From NCBI GenBank assembly GCA_964016885.1, contig OZ024745.1:11470001-11534000 (forward strand): a stretch of DNA of 64,000 nt, in the 5' to 3' direction. The translations under genes were made by a program, and so were the position numbers. A model generated the notes under the pieces. The model was not told where the DNA came from. It saw nothing but the letters and a program-made list of their open reading frames with translations, and did not search any database. The stretch's first letter is position 1, and every line of letters begins with the position of its first letter. This document shows, one piece after another, positions 23,934-35,989 of the stretch. The DNA is from Eledone cirrhosa. Taxonomy: Eukaryota.

Positions 23934-26900
23934 TTCTGGTTTTATAATTTCACAAAATTTTACCAATAGAGTGAGAGTCGGTTTCTAACATAGACACAAG
24001 ACTCTCTCATTGGAATTTACACAACATCAACTAGGTAGATATGTATGTATGCATGCATGTGTAGATATGGATGTTATTGTATGTGTTGATGTGTATGTTT
24101 TGAGTTGTATGTGTGCATGTATATATGCTTTGTATCTGTACATGTGTATATGCAGTTATTAGATGCAAAATATTTGGAATTTTTACATATTTTTACTGTT
24201 CCATTAATGGATTGTACTTGTAATTTCCTAACTAGTTGTGTTCTTTCTGTTCCCGTGAAGCCTAACATATCCCAGTGCCCCAATAATCACAGGCATACAT
24301 CTGAAGGTGTAATCAGGGTGGAGTATCTGCAGATTTCTCATCAGTTCTGCATAAATATTCTCCTTTTCACTAATCTTTGATATTATATTGGCATCTGCTG
24401 GGCAGCTAATTTCCACTACTGTGCATGTTTTCTTCTCCCTGTCCCATATCATAATATCTGGTCTGTTATGCCTGCATTTTATTGGGGTTTTTACTGGAAC
24501 AATCCACCAATACTCTTTCATATTATGTACATGGATGTCTTCCACATTGTTGTAGCTTTTAATGTGTTTATTATCGGGGCTAACTTTTTTACGAACTGCA
24601 TTGTACAGTGTTTTGGCCACTACATCATGCCTCATAGGTAGATAGTCCCGCGATGACATCTTTGGACAGCTGCTGATGACATGGGTGATATCCTCGAGGT
24701 TAGTTCTGCAGAGTCTGCACTTGTTATCACATCTAGGTGTTTTGCCTGCATCCCTATCTCTTTTGTGAATCAGGTATTTCGTGGTTACGCGTTCTTTATT
24801 ACAGATACCATTATAGGATATGTTCTCATCTATCCCCAGGTATCTGTAGCAGTCCTCATCAGATATCGGTGAAACAGATAGGCCATTGATGACAATGTTG
24901 CTAGATTGGGTTGTTGTTTTCCCCGCTTTACAGTCATGTATGAGCATTTATCTTGGCCAAACTCCATTCCTATATCCTTTGAGAACGTTGTAACCAGGTC
25001 AAGATATTTCTTCATCCCATCCATGTTCTTGGCATAGAGTTTCAGATCGTCCACAAAGAAATTATGGGTTAGGTTCGTATTTCTGTCCTCCTGTGAGCCA
25101 ATGATGTATCCCTCACATTTCTTGAGCAGAAAGGACAAGGGGTTTAATGACAAGATGAACAATATCACAGAGAGACTGTCACCCTGAAATATACCCCTGC
25201 AATATTTTATTTTATCAGTGAAAATAGAGTCCTCCCTCTCTGTCTTTAACCTTAGGATAGTAGCCCAAGAAGAAGACAGCCTCTCTATGGCTCTGACAAT
25301 AATGTCTGGGACTTTAGCAAGTTGGAGGGCTTCTATCACCAAAGAGTGGGGAATAGAATCGAAAGCTTTCCTGTAGTTCAGCCAGACTGTAGTCATATTC
25401 CTCCTAAGTTGTCGCACCTTTGACATCGCAGTTTTGTTGATTAGGAGTTGTTCAGCACAACCCCAAACCCCTTTCTTTCCAGCTGCTTGTTCATCTGTGA
25501 TGATGTTATTATTTTCACAGTGATCTTGGAGGAATAGGTTCAGGCAGGCTGTATACATCTTATACATCAAGTTCTGGCATGCAATGGGTTGGTAGTTTTT
25601 TGCCAAGTGGGTGTCTTTGTTCTTGGGGACCAGTGTATCTCCTTTAAGAACTTGTTGGTAGAGGTCAGTAAGATACCTCCGATAGAATATCAGTTTTTGT
25701 ACCAGTAGCCAAAAATCATGTCTCTCCCTGGTGTTTTCTTATCTTGGAGTTTTCTATCACAGTCTCAAGGGTACCCTCACTTATTTCGTATGTTTTTGTT
25801 GTAATGTAGGAGCAATAGTTCTTTCGGATTTCTCTTAGCCACACTGCATCTTGGTTGAAATTCTTCTTTTCACCCCATATTTTTCTCCAAAAGGAATCTA
25901 TGTCTTCTGGGATGGGGCCTCAGTGACACTTATTATTTTGCCCTTCATATCTCTATAGACTGATGTTTGGTTTCGTCTGAATCTTTTATTACGCACTTTT
26001 CTCTCATCTACTTTCTTCAGGTATCGGCGTTTGAGGTTGATCAGCTTATATTGGAGAGTTCTGGTTCTACTGTTACCAAACATCGTCTCTATTTTATTTT
26101 TCACTCTTTGTTGGTTAGGAGTGAGGTATTTTTGTGTTTGTTTGCATGTAAGGAGCATTGTCACATATCCTATGGTTTTTCGTAGGTCAGCAATCTTTTT
26201 TTCTATTTTAGTTATATACGATGGTATTTTTGGTGGTGTTCTGTTCTTGTTAATATCTCTGCTATCACCAAGATAATGCTTCACTGTCGTTGCTAAGGCA
26301 TATAAACAGGCGTTGATTTGCCAAAATGTTTGGGTTTTTATCCGTCGTAACTATTCATCCCCTATTTCGTCAATAACACGTAGTATTTCATTATTTGGTT
26401 TTTTATTCACCATTGTCGTTTTAACACGTTCAGCCAGAGAGATATTTATACATGAGTTAATTTCTCTCTGGAAGATTTCGTTGAGGAAAATTTTCTATTG
26501 TTTATACTTTTGATTATTATCATTATCGATAGTATTTTCCACAACAGTCGAGGTAGACTCGGATGGTATCCGTGGTGTCACATTTATTCGATTATTATTA
26601 TTATCGATAGAGGGCGGTGGATTGGCAGTATCGGTAGAGGGTCGGACGCCATGCTTTCCAGCATACTTACGTCCCTTTACGATCTGAGTTCAAATCCCGC
26701 CGAGGTTGTATTTGCCTTTCATCCTTACGGGGTCGATAAAATAAAGTACCAGTAATGCACTGGGTAATTGCTGGCCTTGTGCCTAAAGTAGAAACAATTA
26801 TTATTATGGATAGTGTTTTCACCAGCATTCAAGGTAGACTTAGATGGTACAGGTGGTGTCAAGTTTCTTACAGGCGTAGTTGTTTCAAGGCGCTGTTCGA

Positions 26901-27505
26901 CCTGGCTGCTACGAAGTCTAGTAGCATGGCGACCTGTAGCACGTGTTGTTGATTCCATGTTTGTTGTGGGGGACTTACATCTAATAATATTTATCTTATT
27001 TTTACGTTCAACAAACGTCGCTTGTTGGCGTAATTGTTTCGCTGTGAAATAATTTAGCTCTGGGTGCATTTCGTCCCAGTATAGCTTCATTCTATTCATA
27101 TAGCCAATGGAGAGATTGTTTTCTGCCATTTTATAACAATTAAATAAATCATCATTAAGTTCGCGACTCCAAGAGAAATGCGATTTATAATTTCAGTTTC
27201 TTCTGTAGCTACAACTGAATAAAGTTTGTTTACCTTCCTTGTTATTTGTCTTCGGTACTTCCTTTTTTTTTGTTGATGTTGTGTTCAGCCATGCTGTTTG
27301 TAGCAAATCCTTGTGAAATGAATTATTTATTAGTCGGATATCTCTACGAATTCGAATAAAAGGTGTCTTCAGAAGGGATAGTTAGAAGAATAACCAGTTA
27401 TTCAACCTGACTGTAGTTGTGGCATTACTGTCGGAGATAGTGTTCATCTTAAATCTAATAAATAGTCGCCCACGCCAAAATATGCGACTGAGCGTGTTGA
27501 CTGTC
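23934..27505 (-). mobile_element. R4/Dong-clade non-LTR retrotransposon (RT and restriction-like endonuclease), decayed, near full length
   Basis: NYQPIAC, YRKAFDSIPH, FQGDSLS, FVDDLKLY, CRLC..ITHVISSC, RHD, RPDI..E.SCP; frameshifts; (TATG)n on both sides. Confidence 0.9.
26612..26796 (+). mobile_element. SINE-A short variant inserted in the R4 element
   Basis: Complete A and B boxes; flanked by ATTATTATTATCGATAG and ATTATTATTATGGATAG (TSD). Confidence 0.92.
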
Positions 27506-27518
27506 TATGTATGTATGT

Positions 27519-27975
27519 AAAGGGCAAACGAGCTCTTAAGAGTCAATGGCCATCCAAAATCACCGGGAGAGATGACTCCTTAGCCTTTGTCAAGGCAGAC
27601 TTCTAGGAGAAGGAAAACTCTGATATAACACCTGCAACTCTGATGGTATCCGATGATGTTGACTTGTTCTTCTTTCTGGTAAATATCATCTTGGTTAAGA
27701 GAGTGGGACTGGCTTTGTGCAGTGCCTTTGCTCACTATAAAAGCTTCATGGCACAGGCATTGCTTTATATCTGGAGATCTCTCTGCACTTGTCATCACAT
27801 GGTACCATGGGCCCAGCACTATGTGTCAATAATTGTCACAAGTGTAGTGTTTGTACCAGAGTTTTCAAGTCGCTGGCTGAACTAAAAAGTCACACTAGTT
27901 CACTGCATCGGTAGGGGTTCTCCTAAATGGATATAAAGTAGTGGCCGTACTCGAAAACGAGTTGGCAGCCACCAT
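27519..27975 (+). mobile_element. Bipartite RTE derivative, 5'-truncated copy 2
   Basis: Highly similar to 23412-23868; (TATG)n tail. Confidence 0.9.
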
Positions 27976-28039
27976 GTATGTATGTATGTATGTATGTATG
28001 TATGTATGTATGTATGTATGTATGTATGTATGTATGTAT

Positions 28040-29350
28040 CTCTTTCTCTTAATTTCGAGTATATTTTTTTTGACCGGCCACCTTCCTGGTGGCAAGGTTG
28101 TAAAAGAAAAGAAATTGTCATCCCTTGAATCGCAAGAATGTTTTGCAAATGTTGAAGGTGCCAGCTATCGCAGCCATTTGTAGACTATGAATTAGGGAGC
28201 TGGGCTTTTTGTCCGCAAATCCAAGTTCAGTCAAACTTTGGTCCAAGCGGGTTGGTATATAACCCGTAGCTCCAATAATGATGGGTATGAAGCTAAAGGT
28301 GTATCTTGGATACTGGATTTGTAAACTCCTCATCAATGGTCCGTAGATGTCCTCCTTCTCCTGTATTTTTCTGACAACGTTTACATCAAGTGGGCAGCTG
28401 ACCTCCACAACAGAACACGTTTTCAATGTGTGGTCCCAAACAACAATATCAAGCCGGTTGTGCTTTAATTTGGTGGCAGTTTTTATTTTCAGGTTCCACC
28501 AGTATTCCTTAGTGCCATCTGTCTCAATATATTCTTCCTCGTTTGTTGTTAATTTTGTTTTCCGAAGTGCATTCCAGATGGTTCTAGCTATCCCATCGTG
28601 TCTCATGGGGAGATAGTAGCGAGATGATATTCTTTCGCAGCTCGCAACAATGTAGCTTACATCCTCGATCTTTGTTTTACATAGCCTACATTTATTGTCA
28701 GCTGCTGGCCCTCCTCTTTTGTGCAGCAGATATTTGGTAGGGAGTTCTTGTTCCTGTATTGCATAGAGATATCGCTCAAGGTGTGATGTCATAAACTTGT
28801 CGGAACTCCATGCCAGGCTTTTTGAGTGGTTTATCCCCTCTATGGTCTGTGTTTTACGTCTCAAGTATCCATGCACAACTTTTTCTGTAAATTGGTCAAT
28901 TTTTTTATCTTGTTTGAACATTGAATAGGATCTTCCGATTTCTCTGGGTGAGAGATTTATATCAGGCTTTATTCCATATCTCTCCTCCAGATCAGTCGCT
29001 ATTCTAATGATATTTTTTTTTCATGCTCATAAACCTGGGCAAGATGGTTGCCAACCTTTTTCCTCTGTTGAAGGTGTTGCTTCAGTGTTACTATCCGGGT
29101 CTCATATGTTGTTAATATTGATTTTAGACCCCGGCCACCTTCCTGGCGTGAGAAGTATAGCCTATCCACATCACCATTGATGTTAAAGTTCCCAGTAACA
29201 CTAGAAGTTTGCGAGTTCTAACATTCTTCTCACTTAGTTCTTGCAATGACCAGTTCAGCAGGCCAAATGTTGGCGTTAGAATTGGCACAGCATAAGTATT
29301 GTGGGCAATGTATTTGTTGTACGCTGACAGTTCTGATGACCATATTTTCT
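28040..29350 (-). mobile_element. Second R4/Dong-clade LINE (different family), 3' fragment
   Basis: ORF 28118-28921 contains AIQEQELPTKY, CRLC, RHD, RLDIVVWD..VEVSCP; (TATG)n flanks. Confidence 0.9.
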
Positions 29351-29703
29351 ATGTATGTATGTATGTATGTATGTATGTATGTATGTATGTATGTATGTAT
29401 GTATGTATGTATGTATGTATGTATGTATGTATGTATGTATGTATGTATGTATGTATATTTCTATGTGTATATATATGTATGTATGTATGAATGTATGTAT
29501 GTATGTATGTAGTATGTATGTAGTATTATGTGTGTATGTGTGTATGTATGTGTGTATGTATGTGTGTATGCATGTGTGTATGTATGTATGTATGTTTGTA
29601 TGTGTGTATGTATGTATGTATGTATGTATGTATGTAGTATGTATGTGTGTATGTGTGTATGTATGTGCGTATGTATGTATGTATGTTTGTATGTGTGTAT
29701 GTA

Positions 29704-29977
29704 TGGGAGAGATGACCCCTTAGCCTTTGTCAAGGCAGAATTCTAGGAGAAGGAAAACTCTGATATAACACCTGCAACCCTGATGGTATCCAATGATGTT
29801 GACTTGTTCTTCTTTTTGGTAAATATCATCTTGGTTAAGAGAGTGGGACTGGCTTTGTGCAGTGCCTTTGCTCACTATAAAAGCTTCACGGCACAGGCAT
29901 TGCTTTATATCTGGAGATCTCTCTGCACTTGTCGTCACATGGTACCATGGGCCCAGCACTATGTGTCAATAATTGTG
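29704..29977 (+). mobile_element. Bipartite RTE derivative, internal fragment copy 3
   Basis: Near-identical to 23457-23729. Confidence 0.9.
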
Positions 29978-30599
29978 GTGATGGTGGTGATGGTGATGGT
30001 GGTGGTGATGGTGGTGGTGGTGATGATGGTGGTGGTTGGGGTGGTGGCGGTGGTTGTGGTGGTAGTGATGGTGGTGGTGGTGGTGGTGGTAGGTGGTGGT
30101 GGTGGTGGTAGATATTACAGCAGTAGATATTGCAGTAGTAATCACTGTAGCAGTAGATATTGCAGTAGATATTATAGCAATAAATAGTGCAGCAGTAGAT
30201 ATTGCAGTAGATATTGCAGTAGATATTGCAGCAGTAGATAGTGCAATAGTAGCTATTGCAGTAGATATAGCAGTAGTAGATAGTGCAATAATAGATATTG
30301 CAGTAGATATTGCAGTAATATGGCAGCAGTAGATAGTGCAGTAGTAATCACTGCAGCAGTAGACACTGCTGCTGCAGTACAATTCACAGCAGTCAGCTAC
30401 ATGTGCAGTAATGACAGTTGCAGTTGCAACAACAATAGTCACAGCAGCTGCACAAACAATAATGTCTTTATTGTGTTAGCAACTGTCATAATCTTACCAA
30501 GTTCATCATCACCACCACCACCACCACCACCACCATCACCACCACCACCACCACCACCACCACCACCACCACCACCACCACCACCACCACCACCACCAC

Positions 30600-30636
<37 letters not shown>

Positions 30637-30665
30637 ACCACCACCACCACCATCACCATCACTAC
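29978..30665. repeat. (GGT)n, then a degenerate 12-bp (AGTAGATATTGC)n, then (CCA/CCG)n
   Basis: Direct sequence. Confidence 0.9.
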
Positions 30666-30677
30666 GAGGCTCAAGTA

Positions 30678-32240
30678 GATAAAACAATCTATAAAACAGC
30701 TTCAACGAGGCTTTAGGAGATGTTTGATAAAACAATCTATAAAACAGCTCCAACGAGGCTTTAGGAGATGTTTGATAAAACAATCTATAAAACAGCTTCA
30801 ACGAGGCTTTAGGAGATGTTTGATAAAACAATCTATAAAACAGCTTCAACGAGGCTTTAGGAGATGTTTGATAAAACAATCTATAAAACAGCTTCATAGA
30901 GGCTTTAGGAGATGTTTGATAAAACAATCTATAAAACAGCTCCAACGAGGCTTTAGGAGATGTTTGATAAAACAATCTATAAAACAGCTCCAACGAGGCT
31001 TTAGGAGATGTTTGATAAAACAATCTATAAAACAGCTTCAACGAGGCTTTAGGAGATGTTTGATAAAACAATCTATAAACAGCTTCAACGAGGCTTTAGG
31101 AGATGTTTGATAAAACAATCTATAAAACAGCTCCAACGAGGCTTTAGGAGATGTTTGATAAAACAATCTATAAAACAGCTTCAACGAGGCTTTAGGAGAT
31201 GTTTGATAAAACAATCTATAAAACAGCTTCAACGAGGCTTTAGGAGATGTTTGATAAAACAATCTATAAAACAGCTTCATAGAGGCTTTAGGAGATGTTT
31301 GATAAAACAATCTATAAAACAGCTCCAACGAGGCTTTAGGAGATGTTTGATAAAACAATCTATAAAACAGCTCCAACGAGGCTTTAGGAGATGTTTGATA
31401 AAACAATCTATAAAACAGCTTCAACGAGGCTTTAGGAGATGTTTGATAAAACAATCTATAAACAGCTTCAACGAAGCTTTAGGAGATGTTTGATAAAACA
31501 ATCTATAAAACAGCTTCAACGAGGCTTTAGAAGATGTTTGATAAAACAATCTATAAAACAGCTTCAACGAGGCTTTAGGAGATGTTTGATAAAACAATCT
31601 ATAAAACAGCTTCAACGAGGCTTTAGAAGATGTTTGATAAAACAATCTATAAAACAGCTTCCACGAGGCTTTAGAAGATGTTTGATAAAACAATCTATAA
31701 AACAGCTTCAACGAGGCTTTAGGAGATGTTTGATAAAACAATCTATAAAACAGCTTCAACGAGGCTTTAGGAGATGTTTGATAAAACAATCTATAAAACA
31801 GCTTCAACGAGGCTTTAGAAGATGTTTGATAAAACAATCTATAAAACAGCTTCAACGAGGCTTTAGGAGATGTTTGATAAAACAATCTATAAAACAGCTT
31901 CAACGAGGCTTTAGAAGATGTTTGATAAAACAATCTATAAAACAGCTTCAACGAGGCTTTAGAAGATGTTTGATAAAACAATCTATAAAACAGCTTCAAC
32001 GAGGCTTTAGGAGATGTTTGATAAAACAATCTATAAAACAGCTTCAACGAGGCTTTAGGAGATGTTTGATAAAACAATCTATAAAACAGCTTCAACGAGG
32101 CTTTAGAAGATGTTTGATAAAACAATCTATAAAACAGCTTCAACGAGGCTTTAGAAGATGTTTGATAAATCAATCTATAAAACAATCTATAAGACAATCT
32201 ATAAAACAATCTATAAAACAATCTATAAAACAATCTATAC
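30678..32240. repeat. 48-bp satellite (about 31 units) ending in a 12-bp sub-repeat
   Basis: Unit GATAAAACAATCTATAAAACAGCTTCAACGAGGCTTTAGGAGATGTTT. Confidence 0.97.
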
Positions 32241-32471
32241 AACAAGAGACAGTAACTACAACTTAGACTGGATCACGTTTGAAACAAACGGATTTCCTTT
32301 TTTTATCTGTTTCATTCCAGTTTGATTTTATGTTTTGTAAAGGAAATAGAATCACGTTCCTTCACATCTTCATTCAAACTGGCACGTCATATTATATATA
32401 TCTATACATACATACATAATGTGTGTATCTATATATGTATATATACATTATATAAATATTTTCTCCCCCCC

Positions 32472-32525
<54 letters not shown>

Positions 32526-32827
32526 CTATATGTATATATATATATATATATCTTTTGCCCTTTCATTTTCCTTTACTGGTTCCAGTCAATGAACTGCGGC
32601 CGAGATTTTAGTCGATTATATCGACCTAACTCCGTCTTTCTGTCTGGGACAGTTTAACGATCCATATTTCTTCTCGGTGTCTGTGTTTATGCTGTGTCAG
32701 GCCACGGTTTGTATCAAGACACACAAGCACACACACTAGCTGAGCACCGAGTGTATGTATGTGTAAGTGTGTGTGTGAAAGTGTGTGTCTGTGTGTGTGA
32801 ATATATATAGTAGTAATAATATAGTCA

Positions 32828-32882
32828 CAGATGTTCCCGCTTAGGGTGAAAGTAGAAATTGTTTACTTAAACTTTTAATCTG
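32828..32882 (+). ncRNA. Hammerhead-like motif, U4A family, degenerate copy lacking the 5' stem I strand
   Basis: CAGAUGU-UCCC-GCUUA-GGGU-GAA-AGUAG..UUACU-U-AAACU. Confidence 0.5.
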
Positions 32883-32890
32883 CGCTAATA

Positions 32891-33077
32891 ATTGTTTCTA
32901 CTTTTGGCATAAGGCCAGCAATTACCCAGTGCATTACTGGTACTTTATTTTATCGACCCCGTAAGGATGAAAGGCAAAGTTAACCTCGGCGGGATTTGAA
33001 CTCAATCTGTAAAGGGACGTAACTATGCTAGAAAGCATGGCGTCCAACCCTCTACCGATACTGCCAATTCACCGCTC
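32891..33077 (-). mobile_element. SINE-A short variant
   Basis: Near-identical to 26612-26796; CTGCGCTAATAAT on both sides. Confidence 0.92.
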
Positions 33078-33107
33078 TTTAATACCTGCGCTAATAATAA
33101 TAATAAT

Positions 33108-33135
33108 GGTTTCTTTATTGGCCACAAGGGCTAAC
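33108..33135 (-). mobile_element. Short element end resembling the Tx1 3' terminus
   Basis: Reverse complement GCCCTTGTGGCCAATAAAGAAA versus Tx1 GCCCTTGTGGCTAATAAAGAAA. Confidence 0.55.
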
Positions 33136-33181
33136 ATGAAGAAAAACATTAGAGACGGTACAGGACGGTACAACTTTAAGC

Positions 33182-33258
33182 ACAGAATCGCTGTAAAGAG
33201 TTTCAGAAGAACCGGTTAAGGGTGAAAGCAACGATTCTTTGCTTAAACTTTAATCTGT
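33182..33258 (+). ncRNA. Type I hammerhead-like motif, U4A family
   Basis: AGUUU-CAGAAGA-ACC(GGUUAAG)GGU-GAA-AGCAA(CGAUUCU)UUGCU-U-AAACU. Confidence 0.65.
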
Positions 33259-33272
33259 TATTTTAATAAATA

Positions 33273-33496
33273 CTAGCAGAATGGCCCGGCGTTGCTCGGG
33301 ATTCTAAACATAGATTGGCATGTTTATCCCTCCTTTCTGAAACAGTTTCGTCGTTTGTTCACCAATTGATCCAGAAGTCCTAATAAAAAGTGAAGTCGCC
33401 TTGGGTAAATAGGCAAATCACTTTCCATTAAGATTTTTCAAAAGCATGTAATTGCGTTCCCTCACTTTTTCTTTGTTGTTTTTGCTGCTGTCGAGC
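33273..33496 (-). mobile_element. Helitron 3' end (other boundary uncertain)
   Basis: Minus strand CCCGAGCAACGCCGGG hairpin followed by CCATTCTG-CTAG-T. Confidence 0.6.
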
Positions 33497-33542
33497 CTCG
33501 TGAAATAAATACGTTTGTTTATATTTTGTTATTGTGTATGCA

Positions 33543-33639
<97 letters not shown>

Positions 33640-34112
33640 TATTTTCCGTAGTGTTGTAATAAAACCAACCACGCATATCTATACTATCTCTAATCCTTCT
33701 ATAGATTTAGAAAAATAACCAATAATATATTCTATAAAAATGTCAAAACAACAGATGGGAATCTAATGACTCACTGCCACCAAAAATTCTCACTGCTATC
33801 AAAAAAACACTCCCTCAACTATTCTTCTAACAACTTCACCCCTCCCTCCTAATATTCTCTATAAAAACCAAACAGGTCCTCAGTAAAATTATTCCGATGA
33901 AATGACAGTTGATAATAACATTGAAATATTGAATGTCTGCATAACTAATACTTTGTAGATAGCAGCTGTTTTCAGGTTATGTAACTGTTATAGAAACACG
34001 TGTCAATAAATTCCTTTTAACTAAACTGTATATATATATAATTATATATTCGTGTACAGATATTTTTGCATACACACTAACAAAATATAAACAAACGTAT
34101 TTATTTCACGAG
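33497..34112 (+). mobile_element. PLE pLTR-like segment with 52-bp inverted termini and a decayed HHR at 33891-33934
   Basis: 33497-33548 is the reverse complement of 34061-34112; AUUC-C(-)GAUGA-AAUG..CAUU-GAAAUAUU-GAAU. Confidence 0.5.
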
Positions 34113-34443
34113 TTATAATTTTATAAATTTTATGTATTTCATAAATCCATCTGTTATACAGTTGTGACTGTTAAAATATAAGTTTGTTTACTATAACGTC
34201 TTAATGTTTAAAGTTTTTCATAAGAATATATCTAAAGCAAAAACCGTAAAAAAAACTTTTATATATCGAATACATTCTATGAATGAACTCGTATAAAAGG
34301 TTTTTTTACGGTTTATGCTTTAGATATATTCTTATGAAAAACTTTAAACATTAAGCGTTATAGTAAACAAACTTATATTTTAACAGTCACAACTGTATAA
34401 CAGGTGGATTTATGAAATACATAAAATTTATAAAATTATAACT
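34111..34443. repeat. Long AT-rich inverted repeat (about 153-bp arms, about 27-nt spacer)
   Basis: 34111-34264 is the near-perfect reverse complement of 34292-34443. Confidence 0.95.
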
Positions 34444-34780
34444 TACTATAAAATAATATAAGGTTTTTTTATAATCTTAACTTTTTTATCATCTTAATCT
34501 TTATAACATTTAATCCTTAGAGCTATCTAAATTACAAATAAATCACTTATTTTCCTTCACGCTGTATTGCTATTACAAAGAAGAGATTTTTCTTCGGTAA
34601 AATCTCTGAATTTCCATGGGTTTAGAAACATTCCTATATTTTAAACACAACATTTTTTATTTTTTATTATTTCTTATTATTTTTATTGATAATTAATTGG
34701 AAAATTAATAATTAATTGTTGGTTGATGATTAATAATAAATTTATATATGGTTATGTAATAATAACATATATTTTTAATA

Positions 34781-34840
34781 ATTGTTTCTACTTTAGGCAC
34801 AAGGCCAGCAATTACCCAGTGCATTACTGGTACTATATTT
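34781..34840 (-). mobile_element. SINE-A short variant, 3' fragment
   Basis: GTTTCTACTTTAGGCACAAGGCCAGCAATTACCCAGTGCATTACTGGTAC. Confidence 0.85.
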
Positions 34841-34862
34841 TTTGAAATAATATTTTTTAATA

Positions 34863-34938
<76 letters not shown>

Positions 34939-35420
34939 ATATATATTCTTTTAATAATATATAGATTTCAAGTTTAATGTATAGATCTCAATAATTTAAT
35001 TGATAAATTAAACATTTAATCAAATTTAAACATTAGATGAAATTCTCCGGTTATTATTATTTATTTATTTATTTATCCACGCTTTATTTACTCCGCGTAA
35101 TTCATCCACTATATATTTATTCTTTCGCTTCATCATCTCATAAATTACGTTAATACAACACTCTCTCACTTAGTGTTTTCTCTCTTTCTCTTTCTTTTGT
35201 TTTCCTTCTTTAGGTTTGCTCTTTCTTTTTCTTTTTCTTTTTCTTTTTTCCCTATTCCAACGGCTTAATTTAAATGTACTGGGTTTTAAACCTCTCCGCT
35301 AATTTGCATAATAGACCAATAATAAAATTAGTAACCCCACTATCCAGGAGCTTCCAACCGACATGGTCGCATTCTTTAAGGGTATGTCAATATTTGTTTA
35401 TAAAACTGATCTATATTATA

Positions 35421-35478
35421 TTTTATCTGATGAAAGCGGACCATAATTTACTTTGGTGTCCTTGAAATATGTATAATG
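35421..35478 (+). ncRNA. Minimal hammerhead-like motif in a PLE pLTR-like segment (about 34960-35515)
   Basis: CUGAUGA, long stem II (AAG.GGAC..GUCCUU), GAAAUAUGUA; stem I imperfect. Confidence 0.5.
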
Positions 35479-35517
35479 AAATAAATATGGTTTTATAAAT
35501 ATAGTTTCCATTTGTTA

Positions 35518-35634
<117 letters not shown>

Positions 35635-35643
35635 ATTAAAATA

Positions 35644-35719
35644 ACAGATTATAGTTTAAGCGAAGAATCCCTGCTTTCACCCTTAACGGGATCTTCTGAA
35701 CATTAAAAAATCAATCTGT
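35644..35719 (-). ncRNA. Type I hammerhead-like motif, U4A family
   Basis: Homologous to 63414-63489; CAGAAGA-UCCC-GUUAA-GGGU-GAAAGC; some stem mismatches. Confidence 0.6.
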
Positions 35720-35778
35720 GAACGCAGAAGTAAATATTTCGAAAAACGTTATTTAGTCTTCACATATATTATTATTAC

Positions 35779-35924
35779 TAGAAGAGGAAGAAGAAGGTTA
35801 ACGTATGTTGATGCCCTAAGGACAGACACTGGTCTGCTGGAGACGCAGGACATGGCAGCGATAATGAGGGACAGAGACCCCTGGAGAGAACTCGTCCATG
35901 GATCTCGGGAATTTTACCCGCCTT

Positions 35925-35927
<3 letters not shown>
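35779..35927 (+). mobile_element. RTE-clade LINE 3' terminal fragment
   Basis: Translates to RRGRRRLTYVDALRTDTGL...MRDRDPWRELV. Confidence 0.8.

Positions 35928-35989
<62 letters not shown>

Noticed and set aside
30678-32240. CRISPR-like appearance of the 48-, 31-, 32- and 61-bp arrays
   Set aside because: Units are head-to-tail with no unique spacers, there are no cas genes, and the context is eukaryotic.
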